Positions 13,125-26,342 of a stretch of 64,000 bases of DNA are shown here, in pieces (positions within the stretch are counted from its first letter, which is position 1; each line of letters opens with the position of its first letter). The stretch covers positions 339,078,001 to 339,142,000 of the forward strand of contig OZ024741.1 of assembly GCA_964016885.1 (NCBI GenBank), written 5' to 3'. Below the pieces are notes generated by a model that was not told the DNA's origin, searched no databases, and worked only from the letters and a program-made list of their open reading frames with translations. Source of the DNA: Eledone cirrhosa. Lineage: Eukaryota. Made by a program: the position numbers and the translations under genes.

Positions 13125-13151
13125 GATGCGACAAAACAAAATATATATTTG

Positions 13152-13206
<55 letters not shown>

Positions 13207-13231
13207 TTATATATATATAATATATATATAT

Positions 13232-15383
13232 TCAAAAGTTAAACAAGGTTCAATGAATACATCAAAGAACGAGTTTTACAATAGATTGGAAGCACTCAAC
13301 TGAAAGGTTTTCCAGAGTTATTAATATTAATTCAAAATATTAACAAAATAGATATTCTTGTGAGCAATTATATTTTATTATACATATTTAAGAGGTACTG
13401 ACTTAAGTTCAACAGTACGTCCTCATCAGATAAAATAAGATGAAGCATGACATACCCTGACATAATAGATGGTTAATATTCAGTCAAGGTAGTGATTAAC
13501 TTATGACAAAACTCAATATTTATACCCTAATATTGAGAACATGAGATAACATAATACGAACAATAGAGAGGGTGCATGTAATACAGCTTAAAAAATACAT
13601 GGCATCAATATAACAGTTATAAAATTTTTTTTAAAAACTACTGGAGAAAGAGGAGGGGAAGGAAAGCATAGAGTAAGGAACAGTTGATGTGATAATATAT
13701 TTAGTAGGTGGCTTGAAAAAACAGATGAAAGATGATTAAAGAGGGAGAGAGACAAAGGGGAGTAATTTATGTTCAAGTTTATATACAGATTTCCAGATAT
13801 GCAACACATATCTATTTAATATAGTTGGCCGTTAATTTTCAAAATATTTAATTTAAGTTATTTCAGAGTAATGAATAATATTTTAGGTTTTAAATTTTAG
13901 GTTTTAAAAGTTAATAGGTATTTGTATTAATATTATAATTATGTTTAATTTCTAAAATTCAAATGTTATGAAAACAAATTTAAAGGATTTACGAAACACG
14001 AGAAAGAAAATAATGCTTTTATACCCTCATGAAGGTAATCTTTACCAAAATTATTTATAATAATGACAACAGTTTATATAATATAATTTATAAAATACTT
14101 ATAGTTATAATTATTAAAGAATTTATTGTTAAATAGTTTGAGTGCCTAAAGGATCAACCGGCCTTATAACTAAACTTAAAGAAGTCCGAATTTTTAATTA
14201 TATATATGTGTGTTGATAAAAAAATACAAGGATTATAGTTTATTATTTGTTTATAATTGAAGTGATACATAATATAATACAATAATACAATAATACAATA
14301 TAGTAAATAAGTTACTGAAAATATTGTTCAAAACATATATATAGTTAAAAAATATTGTTAAAAAATATTGCTAAAGCATTAATGTTTTATATCAATTATT
14401 TTCATTTAGTTGATATATACTATAAACATATAAGTCAAAACTATATGAGTCCTAATGATAGGGGCTAGATACAAAATAAATATACAAATAAAAGAAAATG
14501 AATTGTTTGCGAAACTTATAGATGCCCAATATTAAAAATATGTTATAAATGTAATAGGGTTTTAATATAGTGTACAAAAGATACATCTAAAATATTTTAG
14601 CGAATGTGATATAAAGCGGAGCTAAATGTTTGAAAAAGCCGAAGGTAATCTAAATTTAATTAAAATAAAATAAAATAAAATAAGTTAAATTAAATTATAT
14701 TATATTAAGTAAAAATCATTATATAAGTTCAAACTTCCAGGGAAAATCAAACACTTATAACAATATAGAGTCATTTGAGTGTCTAAATTATTTATAAATG
14801 TAACTACGATTATGTTATTACACTAGATAAAGATATTTGTACAACTATAGAGAGATATTATTATAGGCATTAATGAAACGGTATACATTTAATAAAAAAT
14901 AATAATTATAATCATTATTAGTAATGCTATAATTATAGTTTTACCTCCAGTTCAGTGGAGAGATAGACCAATATTTGTCGGCTATTATGGTTTGTTATAT
15001 TTATACTTAGATATATATAAAAAAAATAAATGCAAATCTAACTTTCTGAGTCACCAAAAACATACTCAAAATGAGTAGAATATGTAAAATATGCAAACGC
15101 ATGAGTGATCCACAGTTCAATTATAATCAGTAAATTTACAAGTTAAATATCCAAACTATATATTTAAAACAGGGTAAAACAATATTAGGGTATAAATATT
15201 GAGTTTTGTCATAAGTTAATCCCTACCTTGACTGAATCTTAACCATCTGCTATGTCAGGGTATGTCATGCATCATCTTATTTTATCTGATGAGGACGTAC
15301 TGTTGAACTTAACTCAGTACCTCTGAAATATGTATAATAAAATATAATTGATCACAAGAATATCTATTTTGTTAATATTTTGA

Positions 15384-15388
<5 letters not shown>
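13232..15388 (+). mobile_element. AT-rich Penelope-type element with ~205-bp inverted arms containing a hammerhead
   Basis: ~13329-13535 is the near reverse complement of ~15180-15386; (TA)n flanks; interior has no intact ORF. Confidence 0.75.
15278..15344 (+). ncRNA. Type I hammerhead ribozyme (mutated inverted copy at 13371-13437)
   Basis: TATTTTAT-CTGATGA-ggacGTACTG...CAGTACctct-GAAA-TATGTA-TA-ATAAAATA; 8-bp stem I. Confidence 0.8.
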
Positions 15389-15453
<65 letters not shown>

Positions 15454-15458
<5 letters not shown>

Positions 15459-15664
15459 AACGAGTAGGACCCCGACGGCTGAGCTCAAGCCGTTTCGACG
15501 GCTAATTCTGGACTAAAAAAAGAGCCCAGTCAAGAATTAGCCGCCGAAACGGCTTGAACTCAGCCGTCGGGGTCCTACTCGTTCCTATTACCCACTCTAC
15601 TACCCTAAGTATTGAGTACTTTGGTGCGTTATGGTCCACCTGGTTCCTTACCACATTTCCTCCG

Positions 15665-15668
<4 letters not shown>
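15454..15668. mobile_element. Short fold-back insertion in (TA)n with ~60-bp GC-rich inverted arms
   Basis: 15454-~15515 is the reverse complement of ~15528-15588 with 2-3 mismatches; the right arm continues to ~15668. Confidence 0.7.
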
Positions 15669-15715
<47 letters not shown>

Positions 15716-15718
<3 letters not shown>

Positions 15719-16468
15719 GTATATATAGTGTATTTTGCAATACACTGTATGCTTAATTAAAAGCATTTTGAAGACTTTACACTATTGTTTTAAAGTAGTG
15801 ACTATGTCACTTACTTCTATTTTCAGCAACAAGAGGAGATAAGCTGACAGAGCTCTGTTTTGTACTGTTGGTACTTATCAAAGCCTAGCACTCCTCCTGT
15901 TTGCTGAAAATTATGAATGTTGGATTCTTATAGAATTCCAGTAATAATCAGGAACTGATTATACAGAGCGGTTGCCGGCCCAGCAAAAATGTTCAGCAAA
16001 CAGGAGTGCTAGGCTTTTATAAGTACCAACAGTACGAAACAGAGCCCTGTCAGCTTATCTCCCCTTGTTTGCTGATCGAAGTAAGTGACATAGTCATTAT
16101 TTTAAAACAATAGCGTAAGGTCTTCAAAATGCTTTTAATTAAGCATACAGTGTATTGCAAAATACACTATATATACATTCATATATATATCGCTATTTCA
16201 GAGCACCAATTCTAATTTTCGATTTTTGCTGGACCGGCAACCGCTCTGTATAATCAGTTCCTGATTATTAATGGAATTCTATAAGAATCCAACATTCATA
16301 ATTTTCAGCAAACAGGAGAAGTGCAAGGCTTTGATAAGTACCAACAGTACGAAAGAGAGCTCTATCAGCTTATCTCCACTTGTTTGCTGAAAATAGAAGT
16401 AAATGACATATATACACTCTATATACATTCATATATATATCGCTATTTCAGAGCACCAATTCTAATTT
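15716..16468 (+). mobile_element. Retrozyme sister family (~312-bp monomer): inverted partial copy plus ~1.5 direct monomers
   Basis: Shares TATATATATCGCTATTTCAGAGCA, GGACCGGCAACCGCTCT and GGTCTTCAAAATG with the 310-bp array. TTCAGCAAACAGGAG recurs at 15992 and 16304. Three HHR-like motifs. Confidence 0.85.
16326..16371 (+). ncRNA. Hammerhead variant with UUGAUAA core (U3-A8); other copies at 16011-16056 (+) and 15841-15886 (-)
   Basis: Consensus of the 3 copies: AGGCT-TTGATAA-GTAC caaca GTAC-GAAA-CAGAGCTCTG-TC-AGCTT. Confidence 0.78.
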
Positions 16469-16665
16469 TATATATATATATATATATAGATATAGATATA
16501 ATATATATATATATACATAGATATAAAATATATATATATATATATACATAACCCTTGCAAGCATGGAAAAGCGGATGTAAAATGATTATGATGATATATA
16601 TATATATACATAGATTTAATATATATATATATACATAGATTTAATATATATATATATATACATAG

Positions 16666-16728
<63 letters not shown>

Positions 16729-16740
16729 AAATAGAACTTT

Positions 16741-16774
<34 letters not shown>

Positions 16775-16853
16775 AAAGTTCTATTTAAAATTGTTGGGAT
16801 ACAACAAGTAAATATTTTTATAACTGATATAAAGCACTCGACAATATATATTG

Positions 16854-16918
16854 TATTTTGTCTGATGAAGGCATACCATAATTTAATGTGGTATCCCTGA
16901 GATATGTATAATGAAATA
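16854..16918 (+). ncRNA. Degenerate hammerhead (GAAA->GAGA), related to the 15278 family
   Basis: TATTTTGT-CTGATGA-AGGcATACCATA...TGTGGTATcCCT-GAGA-TATGTA-TA-ATGAAATA. Confidence 0.7.
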
Positions 16919-17038
16919 AATATGGTTTTATAAATATAGTTTCCATTTATTAATATCGTATATATATATATATATATAAGTTGGAATAGAATGAAACGAA
17001 ATTTCATTTCTCACTCTTAGTACGGCACTTACTTAAAT

Positions 17039-17091
17039 GTAAGTATGTATGTATACGTACATACATATATGTATACAGACGTACAGTAGCA

Positions 17092-17181
<90 letters not shown>

Positions 17182-17801
17182 CATACAGGTACACATATAT
17201 ATATGTACGTATCAGTTTAGCGGACGTTTATTATAACGCTCGCTTTGTCCGTTTGTAAACAAACTGACAGCCTGATTTATGCCGTACGGTGTTAAGGCAA
17301 CCTCGTCACCTTTTTGTTCAACACTGACACAGGAACGATGTACTAGTTTCAAGCTTGTTAGCTATCGTCAGCACCGTATACCCTTCTGCCAGATGGTTGA
17401 ACGTTCGAAAGTATATACTTTCCTTATGAAAATTAACGGCTGAGCAGCCTAATTTGCATATCGAGTGAGTTCAGTCGGCCAGGCGCACCGAAAACGATAA
17501 GTTGGAAAAGAATGAAGGGTATACGGTGCTGACGATAGCTAACAAGCTTGAAACGAGTACATCGTTCCTGTGTCAGTGTTGAACAAAAAGGTGACGTGGT
17601 TGCCTTAACACCGTACGGCATAAATCAGGCTGTCAGTTTGTTTACAAACGGACAAAGCGAGCGTTATAATAAACGTCCGCTAAACTGATACGTACATATA
17701 TATATGTGTACCTGTATGTATATATATATATATATATATATATGCATCCATGTTACTGTACGTCTGTATACATATATGTATGTACGTATACATACATACT
17801 T

Positions 17802-17803
<2 letters not shown>
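17039..17803. mobile_element. Fold-back hammerhead element (arms ~17039-17386 and ~17514-17803)
   Basis: Near-perfect inverted arms in a (TA)n context; a third copy of the arm lies at ~41562-41850. Confidence 0.82.
17523..17565 (+). ncRNA. Type I hammerhead ribozyme (inverted copy at 17335-17377)
   Basis: ACGGTG-CTGACGA-tAGCT aaca AGCTt-GAAA-C(G/T)AG-TA-CATCGT; the minus copies have palindromic CTAG. Confidence 0.85.
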
Positions 17804-17870
<67 letters not shown>

Positions 17871-17903
17871 AAAGAATAGAGGTGTAACACACAAGTTATT
17901 ATA

Positions 17904-18648
17904 TATTGGTAAACGGAATAGAAAATGCTGACAAATTGTTCACAGTTGAAAAATGGTTTAATTAGGAATAAAAGAGTATTAGTGATTGTATGGGTTAGTA
18001 TTCAGTTGTGGTTTTAAGTTTTTAAGTTTTTACCGGTTGCGCATTTCTAAATGCTTTTCAAAAATAATTTTGAGATAGAGTGTCCGTGCTGTTTGCTCTG
18101 ATCTGATTAGTTTTGGGAATTCTACCTGTTTTTATGTTAAAAAAATGGCTCCAGCGTTATTTTTGTGTTGCAAAAATGCTTGTGGTCAAAACAATTTTGA
18201 TTGGTCGGTAGAGGTCATGTGAATGTAAAAAGTTGATTTTGCGCCAAGACTGTTTTTATGTTAAAATGTTAGAAAAGTGGCTCCAGCAATCTGGACACTC
18301 ACACACACCTTGGTCTTATGCCAATACTATATATCATTTCACACCTTTTATTATTAATGTTTTTGATGTTCTTTTGAGAGAATCGTTTTTACTGAAAATA
18401 TCGAATAATGTACACCATTTTTACCAGTATCACAAAAATACTGGTCCCCCCCCCCCCCCACACATATATATATACACACACACATACACACGCGTACATT
18501 AACATACAAAGAGACATACACACACACACACACACACACTTCTCCGTATAAGACAAGGGCTGAAAAATATCTTTTAACATGTTAAAATATCCCCCACACA
18601 CGTACAGACACATTCCTACTGACCATCCCTCTACCACGAATTACTCTG

Positions 18649-18721
<73 letters not shown>

Positions 18722-19192
18722 TCTTAATAGGCATTTGAACTGTCAGCAGGCTGACCATTATCACAACAACGAACCTCTTTACTACTACTACACACACACA
18801 TACACACATATTTGTCTTGAAAGACTTATTTTTCAGTGACTTCTCAATCAGCCGAGACAAACCTACATTTGGCGCAAAATCAATTTTTAACATTCACATG
18901 ACCTCTACCGACCAATCAAAATTGTTTTGACCACAAGAATTTTTTCATACATCTGGAGCCACATTTTTTTACATAAAACAGGTAAAATTTCCAAAACTAA
19001 TCAGATTAAAGCAAACATCACGGGCGCTCTATCTCAAAATTATTTTTGAAAAGCATTAGAAATGCGCAACCGGTAAAACTTAAAACCAAAACTGAATACT
19101 AACCAATACTATTACTAATTTTTACTTATTCCTAATTAAACTATTTTTCACTGGGAACAATTTGTCAGCATTTTCTTTTCCTTTTACCAATA
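17904..19192. mobile_element. Element with diverged ~330-bp inverted arms (~17904-18247 and ~18868-19192) in (TA)n; unclassified dispersed family
   Basis: Arms align as reverse complements with scattered mismatches and indels. Related pieces at ~35580-35645 and, more weakly, ~41880-42030 and ~31500-31690. Confidence 0.65.
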
Positions 19193-19214
19193 TATATATA
19201 TATACATAGATATA

Positions 19215-19283
<69 letters not shown>

Positions 19284-19287
<4 letters not shown>

Positions 19288-19868
19288 AAAATGAGCGGAA
19301 CAAGTAATCATCAAACAATTTTTTAAATAAATTAAAAAACGATTTAAATATTCACCTGTTCTATTGCCGTTACCGACGGTTTCACTAATCAAAAGATTGG
19401 AAATTCAGAGAATTTCCAATGGAAAGAATTTAGATCTTCAGACAGCTATTTTCGTACTATAAGGGTATAAAGCATCATAGTTAATATTTCGCTTCCTGCC
19501 CGTTGCATGCGGTCAAGCCGTTAAAGTGACTCGCACACAAAAATAGGCCATTAGTAAAAGCGGGATATTATAAACTTGTTGATCATGCCGCTAAAAATAG
19601 CAGCGCGATACAACGTTTTGTTCTCTACATATAGGAGAACAATTATAAAAAGGTATGGATATTCCAACAGGCACTAAGTACCTACAGAAATATGCATGGT
19701 GTTTATAATAGTTGTAGTTCGATGGTACTAATTTGAGATACCAGAACTATAAAAATGAGCGGAACAAGTAATCATCAAACAATCTTTTAAATAAATTAAA
19801 AAACGATTTAAATATTCACCTGTTCTATTGCCGTTACCGACGGTTTCACTAATCAAAAGATTGGAAAT
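19284..19868 (-). mobile_element. Hammerhead element with ~120-bp direct terminal repeats (period ~464 bp)
   Basis: 19284-19404 is repeated at 19748-19868; HHR on the minus strand; (TA)n flanks. Confidence 0.78.
19366..19446 (-). ncRNA. Type I hammerhead with extended stem II
   Basis: Minus strand: GCTGT-CTGAAGA-tCTAA..ATTGGAAATTC tct GAATTTCCAAT..TTAGt-GAAA-CCGTCGG-TA-ACGGC. Confidence 0.8.
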
Positions 19869-19988
19869 ATTTTTTATATCGATGTATATATTTATATATA
19901 TTTTTATATCTATGTATATATATATACATATATATATATATATTTTATATCTATATATATATATATACATATATATATATTTTATATC

Positions 19989-20019
<31 letters not shown>

Positions 20020-20020
20020 C

Positions 20021-20055
20021 TAAACCGATGCTAGCATGGAAGATAGACGTTAAAC

Positions 20056-20097
<42 letters not shown>

Positions 20098-20229
20098 ATA
20101 TGTATATATATATAGATATAATATATATACATACATATATATATCATCATCGTTTAACGTCTATCTTCCACGCTAGCATGGGTTTAGACGGGAATTATCC
20201 CACTTGAAGCAAGATTGGTTGTCTCGCTC

Positions 20230-20230
<1 letters not shown>
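20021..20230. mobile_element. Two RTE 3'-terminal stubs in inverted orientation around (TA)n
   Basis: CATGGAAGATAGACGTTAAAC(GAT)n and its reverse complement; matches the RTE 3' ends elsewhere in the window. Confidence 0.8.
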
Positions 20231-20827
<597 letters not shown>

Positions 20828-21717
20828 CATATATATGTTAACACATGCACATACACATATACACACATAAAAATACATTAAAATACTGATTACATAAATA
20901 GTACAAAAAATAACATTAGTTAAAAAAAATTTCACTAAAGACAAAATCCTAAATAATAAACCCTATATAAAAATTGTCTTGTCACATGTCATGCATGTTT
21001 GCTTTCTTATATCATACATATAGCAGTTCAGGGCGTTTACTTTCATCATGTGTTAGTTCCTTATTCACTTAAAATTGACATGCATTGCCTGAAGCATGTT
21101 TGTTTAAGGAAGGTGTTCCTAAATTGATAAGCAATCTGCTTTAGAAATCTTAAAACTAATTTTTTTTTCACTTTGTTATATTTTTTTTTTATGTTTTTAT
21201 TTTATTTTTATTTTATTTTAATTTTATTTTTATTTTAATTTTATTTTATTTTTATTTTTATTTTATTTTATTTTAATTTTATTTTAATTTTATTTTAATT
21301 TTTATTTTATTTTTATTTTATTTTTATTTCTATTTTTCTGTGTCGCAGTTCCAGTTGTTCGTGTGTGTATATTTTATTTTGGTATTGTAAAAGAAAAAAA
21401 ATTGTATTCCATGTTCCTTGTTTGTGTTTGTTGGTGACGTGATATGATATGATGTTGTTGATTATTTTGGTAACAGCAGCGAAGTGGTAGAGGTTGATAG
21501 AACATTAAATAAAATACTCTGAAATATCTATTCTTCTTACATGCTCTCTGAGTTCAAATCTTATTGAGGTCATCTTCATCTTTCATCCTTTTGATTTTAA
21601 TAAATAAAGAACCGTTTCAATATTGAGGGTTGATTATAATTATTGATGATGGTGTTAATGGTGGTGATGGTATTGATTATGAAGGTGATGATGATTGTGA
21701 TAATGGTGATGATGGTG

Positions 21718-21895
21718 TTGGCAGTATCGGTAGAGGGTCGGACACTATGCTTTGACGCATAGAGTTACGGCCCTTGCCATTCTGAGTTCAAATCCCGCTG
21801 AGGTTGACTTTGCCTTTCATCCTTACGGGGTCGATAAAATAAAGTACCAGTAATATACTGGGTAATTTGCTGGCCTTGTGCTTAAAGTAGAAACA

Positions 21896-21931
<36 letters not shown>

Positions 21932-22243
21932 AGGGAGGTAGATTGGTAGTTTTGGTAGAGCGTCGGACATCATGCTTCGCGGCAGAGAGTATGGCCCTTT
22001 ATGTTCTGAGTTCAAATCCCGCTGAGGTTAACTTTGCCTTTCATCCTTACTAGGTCGATAATATAAAGTACCAGTAATGCACTGGGGCCGATTTAACTGA
22101 CTTTCCCCTCCCCCAAAATTGTTGGCCTTGTGCCTATAGTAGAAATCATTATTATTTTTATGATGATTACGGGGTCGATAAAATAAAGTACCAGTAATGC
22201 ACTGGAATAATTGCTGGCCTTGTGCCAAAAATAGAAACAATTA
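21718..22243 (+). mobile_element. SINE family B cluster: two near-full copies plus a 3' fragment, (ATT)n tails
   Basis: A-box-like TGGCAGTATCGG/TGGTAGTTTTGG, B box GAGTTCAAATCC, body GTCGATAAAATAAAGTACCAGT; an older copy lies at ~21480-21630. Confidence 0.82.
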
Positions 22244-22519
22244 TGATGATGATAATGATGATGATGATGATGATAATGTTGATGGTGACAATAATGATAA
22301 TGATGATGACGATGAAGATGATGATGGTGGTGATGATGATAATGATGGTGATGGCGACGATGATGATGATGATGATGACGATGGTGATAATATTTATGGT
22401 TCAGATCTACAGTTCCGTATGGCTGCTTTCTATCTGGTCAATGAAATCAGATCCCCTCCAAATTTGAATTGGAATTCCTTAAACACATCCTTATGGAAAT
22501 ACTGTGACTTTTATTTGGT

Positions 22520-23350
22520 AAGGTGTGCTAGAAAACTTTATTTGCTGATCTGAAATGGATTCCAATTTAAAACCAAAGTCCTCTCATATCTTAAACTTTG
22601 ATGCCTTTACTGTCACTGCTGTGACTTTTTGCACCTGTTGATACTGCTAATGCAAGAAGGAGGACTTATTTCCAAACCACGCTTTATTAACCTCCTTCTT
22701 TGCTCAAATAACATCTTTGACCACTTGATTGAACCAAGGTGTCCTCATGCCACCTGGCACCACACCAAGATACTTTTGCCTGCAGTATTTAACAGCTGCA
22801 ACAGAAACTGCCAAGCTGAACAGTCTTCACTCTGTTTCAACGTCCTCAGTTTACTCAGAGAGTACTCTGAATTTGAATGCAATAAAATCTGCATACCTGG
22901 TCCTAACTTCCTTATAGCTAGCGCTTCCCACTTTATCCTATAGATGATGTAGGACCTACCAGTTTTGTGGGCTTTCTTTGCTTTAGTCTCAGGCTGCAGA
23001 TAACTTGATGGTGATCAGTTGACACCTCAGCCCTTCTCTTAACACAAACATCCAGCACAGAATCGAAGAGAACAGAGACAATAACAAAAATAAATTATTG
23101 ATCCTTAGGCCGGATTGCCCTTATGCTATGTATATTTCTTATACCATGTATATGTCTCTGTGCTGGAAGAAGGTGTTCATAATAGAGAGCCATTACTAGG
23201 ACAAAAGTCTAATAAGACCTCCATTCATATTTAGATTGGGATCCCTGTTCCTTCGATGTCAAGTGGTCTGCGCCTTGAAGTCTCCTATTAGGATATATGA
23301 TTCAGTCTTAACTACATATAATGCTTCAGTGACTACATCATGGAATTATG
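22520..23350 (-). mobile_element. Decayed RTE-clade LINE fragment: APE endonuclease and linker
   Basis: Manual minus-strand translation gives ILIGDFKAQ (~23270-23295), DFCPSNG..IMNTFFQHRD, VLDVCVKRRAEVSTDHHQV, RIKWEAL and RTPWFNQVVKD, with stops and frameshifts. Confidence 0.8.
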
Positions 23351-23712
23351 TTGAGGAAACCCTGAAAATATGTAGCCGCTAGCATCTGGCCACCTCCGCT
23401 AGCTCCTGCTCCTTGTCCTTGGGATAGGTAACCTTTGTGTTTCCTTTCCACACATTTCAGGACTGGTTGCAGGCCCATCACAATTTCTCATAGTGTTATA
23501 TGGGGACTGCAATATATTTTTCAAACAGACCCCTCTACCTAAGGCCTGAACTTGCCCCTAGTTACCCTGCATGAAGGACAATGTGGTATGAAGTCTTTTA
23601 TTGTGTCTAAACATATTGCAGTGTTTTGCTGGTTTTATTCGTGCCAGTCACCAATTTGGTACTTTTCTCAGACTGATGAAGCACACAGATATATATGCAT
23701 ATACATATGCAC

Positions 23713-23785
<73 letters not shown>

Positions 23786-23807
23786 CATACATATATATAT
23801 ACACATA

Positions 23808-23919
<112 letters not shown>

Positions 23920-24173
23920 TATATATATATACATACATATACATACACATAAACATACACACACACACACATATATATACACATAAACATTTATACATAT
24001 GTAGGTATTCACAGACGCACGCACACACACACACCTAAACACACCTACACACACACAGTCTACCCCTCCCGCCATACATTGATCATGTCTTAAATAATGA
24101 ATGTATTGAAGGTTTGTTTCTTTATCATCACAATCTCATAGATTCTTTAATGGTCACTTGTATATATTAATAT

Positions 24174-24564
24174 GTTGTTGTTGCTATTGTTGGTATTGTT
24201 GCTGTTGTTGTTGTTGGTATTGTTGCTGTTGTTGTTGTTGTGCTATTTTTGGTATTGTTGCTGTTGTTGTTGTTGGTATTGTTGCTATTGTTGGTATTGT
24301 TGCTGTTGTTGTTGTGCTATTGTTGGTATTGTTGCTGTTGTTGTTGTGCTATTGTTGGTATTGTTGCTGTTGTTGTTGTGCTATTGTTGGTATTGTTGCT
24401 GTTGTTGTTGTTGGTATTGTTGGTATTGTTGCTGTTGTTGTTGTTGCTATTGTTGGTATTGTTGGTTTTGTTGTTGTTGCTATTGTTGGTATTGTTGCTG
24501 TTGTTGTTGTTGCTATTGTTGGTATTGTTGCTGTTGTTGTTGTTGCTATTGTTGGTATTGTTGC

Positions 24565-24597
<33 letters not shown>

Positions 24598-25479
24598 GCT
24601 ATTGTTGGTATTGTTGCTGTTGTTGTTGTTGGTATTGTTGCTATTGTTGCTGTTGTTGTTGTTGGTATTGTTGCTGTTGTTGTTGTTGGTATTGTTGTTG
24701 TTGTTGTTGTTGTTGTTGCTATTGTTGCTGTTGTTGGTGTTGTTGGTATTGTTGCTGTTGTTGTTGTTGGTATTGTTGTTGCTGTTGTTGTTGTTGTTGC
24801 TATTGTTGCTGTTGTTGGTGTTGTTGGTATTGTTGCTGTTGTTGGTGTTGTTGGTAATGGTGCTGCTGTAGTTATTGTTGATGTTGTTGCTGTTGTTTTT
24901 GTAGGTGCTGTTGGTGTTGGTGTTGTTGTTGTTGTTACTGTTGTTGTTGGTGTTGTTGTTACTGTTGTTGTTGGTGTTGTTGTTGTTACTGTTGTTGTTG
25001 ATGTTGTTGTTGTTGTTACTGTTGTTGTTGGTGTTGTTGTTGTTACTGTTGTTGTTGGTGTTGTTGTTGGTATTGTTGTTGATGTTGTTGTTGTTGTTGT
25101 TGTCGTTGTTGTTGTTGCTGTTGCTGTTGTTGTTGCTGCTGCTGCTATTGTTGGTATTGCTGATGTTGTTGCTGTTGTTTTTGTTGTTGATATTGTTGTT
25201 GTTGTTGTTGTTACTGTTGTTGTTACTGTTGTTGTTACTGTTGTTGTTACTGTTGTTGCTGCTATTGTTATTGTTGTTGTTGGCACTGTTGTTTATGTTG
25301 TTGCTACTGTTGTTGTTGTTACTGTTAATGTTGTTGGTGCTGTTGATGTTGTTATTGTTGATGTCGTTGCTGCTACTGTTGTTGTTGTTGTTGATGTTGT
25401 TGCTGTTGTTTGTAGTTGCTGTTGTTGCTGCAGTTATTGTTGATGTTGTTGCTGTTTTTTGTGGTAGTTCTTGTTGTTT

Positions 25480-25480
<1 letters not shown>
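24174..25480 (+). repeat. (GTT)n-based degenerate trinucleotide array
   Basis: Seen directly. Confidence 0.95.
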
Positions 25481-25522
<42 letters not shown>

Positions 25523-25681
25523 CAGCAGTAGTAGTAGTAGTAGTGGTAGTGGTAGTGGTAGTAGTAGTAGTAGTAGTAGCAGCAGCAGAAGCAGTAGTAG
25601 TAGTAGTAGTAGTAGGAGCAGTATAGTAGTACTGATAGCAGCAGTAGTAGTAGTAGTAGTAGTAGCAGTAGCAGGAGCAGC

Positions 25682-25716
<35 letters not shown>

Positions 25717-25771
25717 CAGCAGTAGTAGTAGTAGTAGCAGCAGCAGTAGCAGTAGTAGTAGTAGTAGCAGC

Positions 25772-25806
<35 letters not shown>

Positions 25807-25828
25807 CAGTAGTAGTAGTAGTAGCAGC

Positions 25829-25863
<35 letters not shown>

Positions 25864-25891
25864 TGGTAGTAGTAGTAGTAGTAGTAATAGT

Positions 25892-25929
<38 letters not shown>

Positions 25930-26031
25930 TAGTAGTAGCAGTATAGTAGTACTAATAGCAGCAGCAGTAGTAGTAGTAGTAGCAGTAGCAGTAGCAGTAG
26001 TAGTAGTAGTAGTAGTAGCAACAGAAGCAGC

Positions 26032-26066
<35 letters not shown>

Positions 26067-26094
26067 CAGCAGTAGTAGCAGTAGTAGTAGTAGT

Positions 26095-26153
<59 letters not shown>

Positions 26154-26224
26154 CAGCAGCAGTAGTAGTAGTAGTAATAGTAGCAATAGCAGCAGCAGTA
26201 GTAGTAGTAGTAGTGGGTAGTAGT

Positions 26225-26258
<34 letters not shown>

Positions 26259-26279
26259 ATAGTAGTAGTAGTAGCAGTG

Positions 26280-26342
<63 letters not shown>

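Noticed and set aside
17927-17965. CTGACAA..GAAA hammerhead
   Set aside because: Core mismatch and no stem I.
22405-22517. Possible 113-nt host exon (ttcag..GTAAGG; DLQFRMAAFYLVNEIR...)
   Set aside because: No recognisable homology, weak polypyrimidine tract, abuts a decayed LINE, and no other exons found; would need RNA-seq.
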